Assembly: GCA_963702205.1 (NCBI GenBank)
Contig: OY969724.1
Span: forward strand, 1,152,001-1,216,000
Direction: 5' to 3'
From: an uncultured candidate division Zixibacteria bacterium
Lineage (GTDB): Bacteria > Zixibacteria > MSB-5A5 > GN15 > PGXB01
Length of the DNA stretch: 64,000 nt
The notes under the pieces are model-generated. The model made no database searches. It was not told the origin of the DNA and saw nothing but the letters and a program-made list of their open reading frames with translations. The translations under genes and the position numbers were made by a program. Positions 60,209-64,000 of the stretch are shown piece by piece; within the stretch, counting starts at the first letter, position 1; each line of letters begins with the position of its first letter.

Positions 60209-62387
60209 ATGTTAGGGGTGACTGAGGGCCGATTTACTATTGGAAAAGAGGTTTATTACCCCTTTTCGGTTGAAATGCATTACTTTCGGATCAATAAGAG
60301 ATATTGGTCCGTCTGTTTTGAAAGAATAAAGAAGGCGGGGTTCCGGTTACTCTCGACCTCCGTGCCCTGGAATTTGCATCAGGGGATAAACAAAGATATA
60401 GATTTTACCGGATATAATGATTCCCGGAAGGATTTGATCGTATTTCTGGAGCTGGCCCGGGAGTTCGGCTTTAAGGTGATTTTGCGGCCCGGCCCGTGGA
60501 TTTCGGGGCAATGGCCGCAGGGTGGTTTGCCAAAGTACCTGTTTCGTGACATAAAGACCTTCGCACGCGACTGTAAGGGGCAGGAGTTGATGATGCCGGA
60601 CGATCACGGTGTCGAGGGCGGCTATCTGCCGAGCTATTTAAACCCGAATTTCCAGCATTCCCTGAAAAACTATTTCAAGACGCTGGTCGAAACGACCAAG
60701 AACTACATTCACCCGCGCGGACCGGTTTTCATGATTGAAATGGACTTCGAAACGTCGTTTGGCCGACATCTGAATCCCGGATCGGCCGATTATAACCCCG
60801 AGGTTTTGCAGCGTTTTTATCCGGGCTTTTTGCAGTCCCGCTATGCCGACCTCGCCAAACTCAATAAAGAATATCATTCCAAAGATACGTCGTTCGAAAC
60901 GGTGGAACCGCCTCGCAAATTTGACGATGTCGATATGAAAGATTTGCCCCAGGTCTTTGACTGGTTTCGGTTCCGTGAACTGACATTGAAGGCATATCTG
61001 ACGACCCTCGAAGAAATTTTCAAATCATATACCGTGGAGCCGCTTTTTTTCCGTTCCTTATACTTTAAATCGGGTGATTTGCTGCCGGCCTTTTCGCTGG
61101 TTCCGAAGGAAGAAATCCCGATGCTGGGAGCGAATATATTTCCCGAGGGCACATATTTCGATCTGGCACAGAAAGGCCGGTATCTTGCCGGGGAATACGA
61201 TTTTGCCTGGGCGGCATCGTTTACGTCTGGTACACCGGCCACGGAAAAGGAAATCAACGCCGGGTTTGCGAATTATCCCGACGGATTGCGGCGATTCTAT
61301 CTGACCGCGGGTCTCGCCAGCGGCTTTAAAGGCCTCAACCATTATATGTTCGTCAACCGCGACCACTGGCGCGGTGCACCTCTGGCTTCGGACGGAACGA
61401 TTACCAGCGGTTATGAAGTTGTCCGCAATTTTAACGCCGCTGTCCTGGAATCAAAGCTGCACGCGCTGGAACGTCTGACCAAAGTCTGCGTTCTGGGCAA
61501 CCGTCAATATCAGTGGTACACTCAGCTCGAAAATCCCAAGCAATTCAATTATGTCGGAAAGCTGGTTCAGGCGACGTCGGCCGGACTTTGCCGTGACCTG
61601 CTCAAACTCAAGGTCGATTATGACATTCGCGAGTCGATCGACCCGGCCAGGATGAAAAAGTACGAGCTGGTGTTCATTCCGACCGCAGAATTTATGAGCG
61701 AGGAGATGCAGGAAGGTATTCTCGAACTTCTTAAGCAGGGCACCAATGTTATTCTCTGCGGTCTGATGCCCAAGTACGACGACAATTTCAAGGACTGCCA
61801 GACTTTGAGTCGGCAGGCCCGGATCAAAACCTCGCTCGGCAGCAGTATCGATAAGATAAAGACGAAGACCAGCGAGTTTACCGGTTACGTTTACGGGCAC
61901 GTCGTCTCGACCGACAGCAAGATCAAGAAGTTATTGACGTCGAACCGCAAGACGGTCGGAGTCGCTTCATCCCGATTCAAAGGGACGCTGTATCTGTTTA
62001 CTTTCGATATCGCTTCCAATTCCGATCACAACAAGCTTGTCTTTCTGGAATCGATATTGAGCGAGCTTAAAATTCAGCCTATAGTATACTGTTCCGATCC
62101 GTCGGTTGACATCGTCCTCAACCGTACCGACAAGAAGGTGGTTATGTATATCGTGGCGCCCCCGCCGGGTGAGCTCACGGGTACTGGCCGATACTGCTTC
62201 GAGGGAACTGGTCATAAGTGCCGATCTTCGCAAGGCCGGATTGTCGTCGGCCAAATTCAAGGTTCGCGATCTTCTGGCTTCGGAGGAAACGCCGCCCATG
62301 AAAATCACGGCCGACAATTTGAGGCGCGGGATCGCCATGAATATGACGTACCCCGACGGACAGATATTGCTGTTTGAAAAGGGCTGA
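60209..62387 (+). CDS. GH35/GH42-like (beta-galactosidase-like) protein with a probable one-base insertion at about 62179-62184
   Basis: EMHYFR, VPWNLH, VILRPGPWI, GGLP motifs. After 62181 the alternative frame (LADTASRELVISADLRKAG...LLFEKG*) looks protein-like and overlaps the next start (TGATG). Confidence 0.82.
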
Positions 62388-64000
62388 TGTCCGCATTCAA
62401 GAGTAATATGCGTTCTATCCGGTGGATTATCTCGTTGTTGGCGGTGTGCCTGTTTTTCCCGCACTGCTCCGACATCAAAGTCGAAAAGCTCTATTCTCAC
62501 GGTGCCGTGGTGACGGCCTCGCCGATTGCTTCCGGTATTGGCTTGAATATTCTGAAATCCGGCGGTAACGCCTTCGATGCCGCGGTGGCGACAGCCTTTG
62601 CGGCCGCCGTGTGTTATCCTCAGGCGGGCAATATCGGCGGAGGCGGCTTTGCGGTCATCTATGACGCACAAACCGGGCGGGTCAAGGCCCTCGACTTCCG
62701 GGAATTTGCCCCGGGAGCGGCGTCGAGGGATATGTATCTCGATGACAGCGGCAAAGTCAGGGACGATGAGTCGCTTCTCGGCGCCAAAGCGGCCGGTGTT
62801 CCGGGGACGGTGGCAGGGATGTATGAGTTGTGGAAAAGGCACGGTTCGCTGCCGTGGTTCGACCTGGTAAAACCGGCCATTGATCTGGCCGACTCCGGTT
62901 TCGTACTGAGCCCGTACATGGGTCGTTTATTCAAAGAATATAAAAAAGAGCTGGCGCTGTTTGAAGAAACCCAACGGACCTTCTACGATGGCGACAGCGT
63001 CATAAGTGTCGGGCAGAGGCTGGTGCAGAAGGACCTGGCCGCGACTCTGGAACGAATCGGCATAAGCGGAGATTCCGGCTTTTACTTCGGCCCGACCGCC
63101 GATATGATAGTTGCCGAAATGCAGAAACGCGGCGGACTGATCTCGCACGATGACCTTGCGCAGTACAAAGCGGTCTGGCGTCAGCCGATCTCGTTCAGTT
63201 TTGATTCGCTCGAAATTTATTCCATGCCGCCGCCGTCATCGGGCGGCGTGATTATGGGGCAGATTCTCAAAATTCTCGAACCGTACGATTTCTACGGATT
63301 CAGCCCGAACCATCCGGAATACATACATCTTTTCACCGAAGCCTGCCGGTTGGCGTATGCCGACCGGGCGGTACATCTCGGCGATCCCGATTTCGTGTAT
63401 AATCCGGTCCGGGAGTTGCTCGATTCTTCATACATCGCTTCTCGGCGCAGCCAGATCGACCGGTCGCACGCCGGGCTTTCGGAAAAGGTCGGCTCCGGAC
63501 TGCCCGACACATACCATGAATCCGAAAACACGACTCATTATTCGATAGTCGATAAAGACGGTAACGCCGTAAGTATTACATACACGATCAACACGGCCTT
63601 CGGCTCCAAGCTGGTCGTCGACGGCGCGGGTTTCCTGCTCAACAACGAAATGGATGATTTTTCGATAAGTCCGGGCGTGCCGAATTATTTCGGTCTGGTC
63701 GGCGGTCGGGCCAATGCGATTGCGCCGCATAAAAGGATGTTATCGTCGATGAGCCCGACCATAGTTCTGAAAGACGATAGACTTTATCTCGTGCTCGGTT
63801 CGCCGGGTGGTTCCAAGATCATAACCGCCGTTGCGCAGACTATATTGAATGTCGACCGCTTCGGTCAGACGATCACGGCCGCGGTGGCAACGCCGCGTTT
63901 TCATCATCAATGGCTGCCGGACACGCTTTATCTCGAAGAAAAATCTTTTTCTCCGGAAATAATCGAATCGCTCAAAAAGCTGGGGCACAACATCAAAGAG
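62387..64000 (+). CDS. ggt: Gamma-glutamyltransferase (3'-truncated by window; absent from the ORF track)
   Basis: GGNAFDAAVA...YPQAGNIGGGGF, LDFRE, VPGTVAG, autocleavage site ENTTHYSIVDKDGNAVSITYTIN, LNNEMDDFS, RMLSSMSP, GSPGGSKI. Confidence 0.95.
   Translation, partial: MSAFKSNMRSIRWIISLLAVCLFFPHCSDIKVEKLYSHGAVVTASPIASGIGLNILKSGGNAFDAAVATAFAAAVCYPQAGNIGGGGFAVIYDAQTGRVKALDFREFAPGAASRDMYLDDSGKVRDDESLLGAKAAGVPGTVAGMYELWKRHGSLPWFDLVKPAIDLADSGFVLSPYMGRLFKEYKKELALFEETQRTFYDGDSVISVGQRLVQKDLAATLERIGISGDSGFYFGPTADMIVAEMQKRGGLISHDDLAQYKAVWRQPISFSFDSLEIYSMPPPSSGGVIMGQILKILEPYDFYGFSPNHPEYIHLFTEACRLAYADRAVHLGDPDFVYNPVRELLDSSYIASRRSQIDRSHAGLSEKVGSGLPDTYHESENTTHYSIVDKDGNAVSITYTINTAFGSKLVVDGAGFLLNNEMDDFSISPGVPNYFGLVGGRANAIAPHKRMLSSMSPTIVLKDDRLYLVLGSPGGSKIITAVAQTILNVDRFGQTITAAVATPRFHHQWLPDTLYLEEKSFSPEIIESLKKLGHNIKE

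Noticed and set aside
61967..63988. Minus-strand ORFs over the window end
   Set aside because: Antisense to the clear plus-strand ggt, which the ORF track omitted because it lacks a stop in the window.

Overview
Bacterial chromosomal window, probably near the replication origin. The secreted-protein architectures suggest candidate division Zixibacteria or a related FCB-group lineage (inference). It opens with the 3' end of a probable rsmG, then parA-parB-M23 peptidase-bactofilin and a MoxR AAA+ ATPase. The usual MoxR partner (DUF58) lies about 7.8 kb away, behind a cassette-like insertion: a membrane protein, an AT-rich orphan, an ECF sigma/anti-sigma pair and two dockerin-tailed secreted enzymes. 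The spacers of this insertion carry GTAG-type REP-like palindromes and a 105-bp direct repeat. From 17.4 to 59.6 kb lies a 42-kb, all plus-strand cluster of secreted modular proteins: cohesin-like, dockerin, cadherin/Ig-like, PKD and NYPNPFNP-type C-terminal sorting domains, a 6038-aa protein with 50 tandem ~97-aa repeats, a 2246-aa partner and an S8 protease. It ends with a GH35-like gene and a truncated gamma-glutamyltransferase. The main candidate novel system is a non-cellulolytic, protease-bearing cohesin-dockerin surface assembly with two apparent dockerin classes and giant stalk proteins. Also notable: all three apparent frameshifts fall on the same GGTAC pentamer, and start-less Shine-Dalgarno motifs occur in long structured leaders. 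I saw no tRNA, rRNA, CRISPR array, integrase or transposase. Domain assignments are by motif recognition, not database search.
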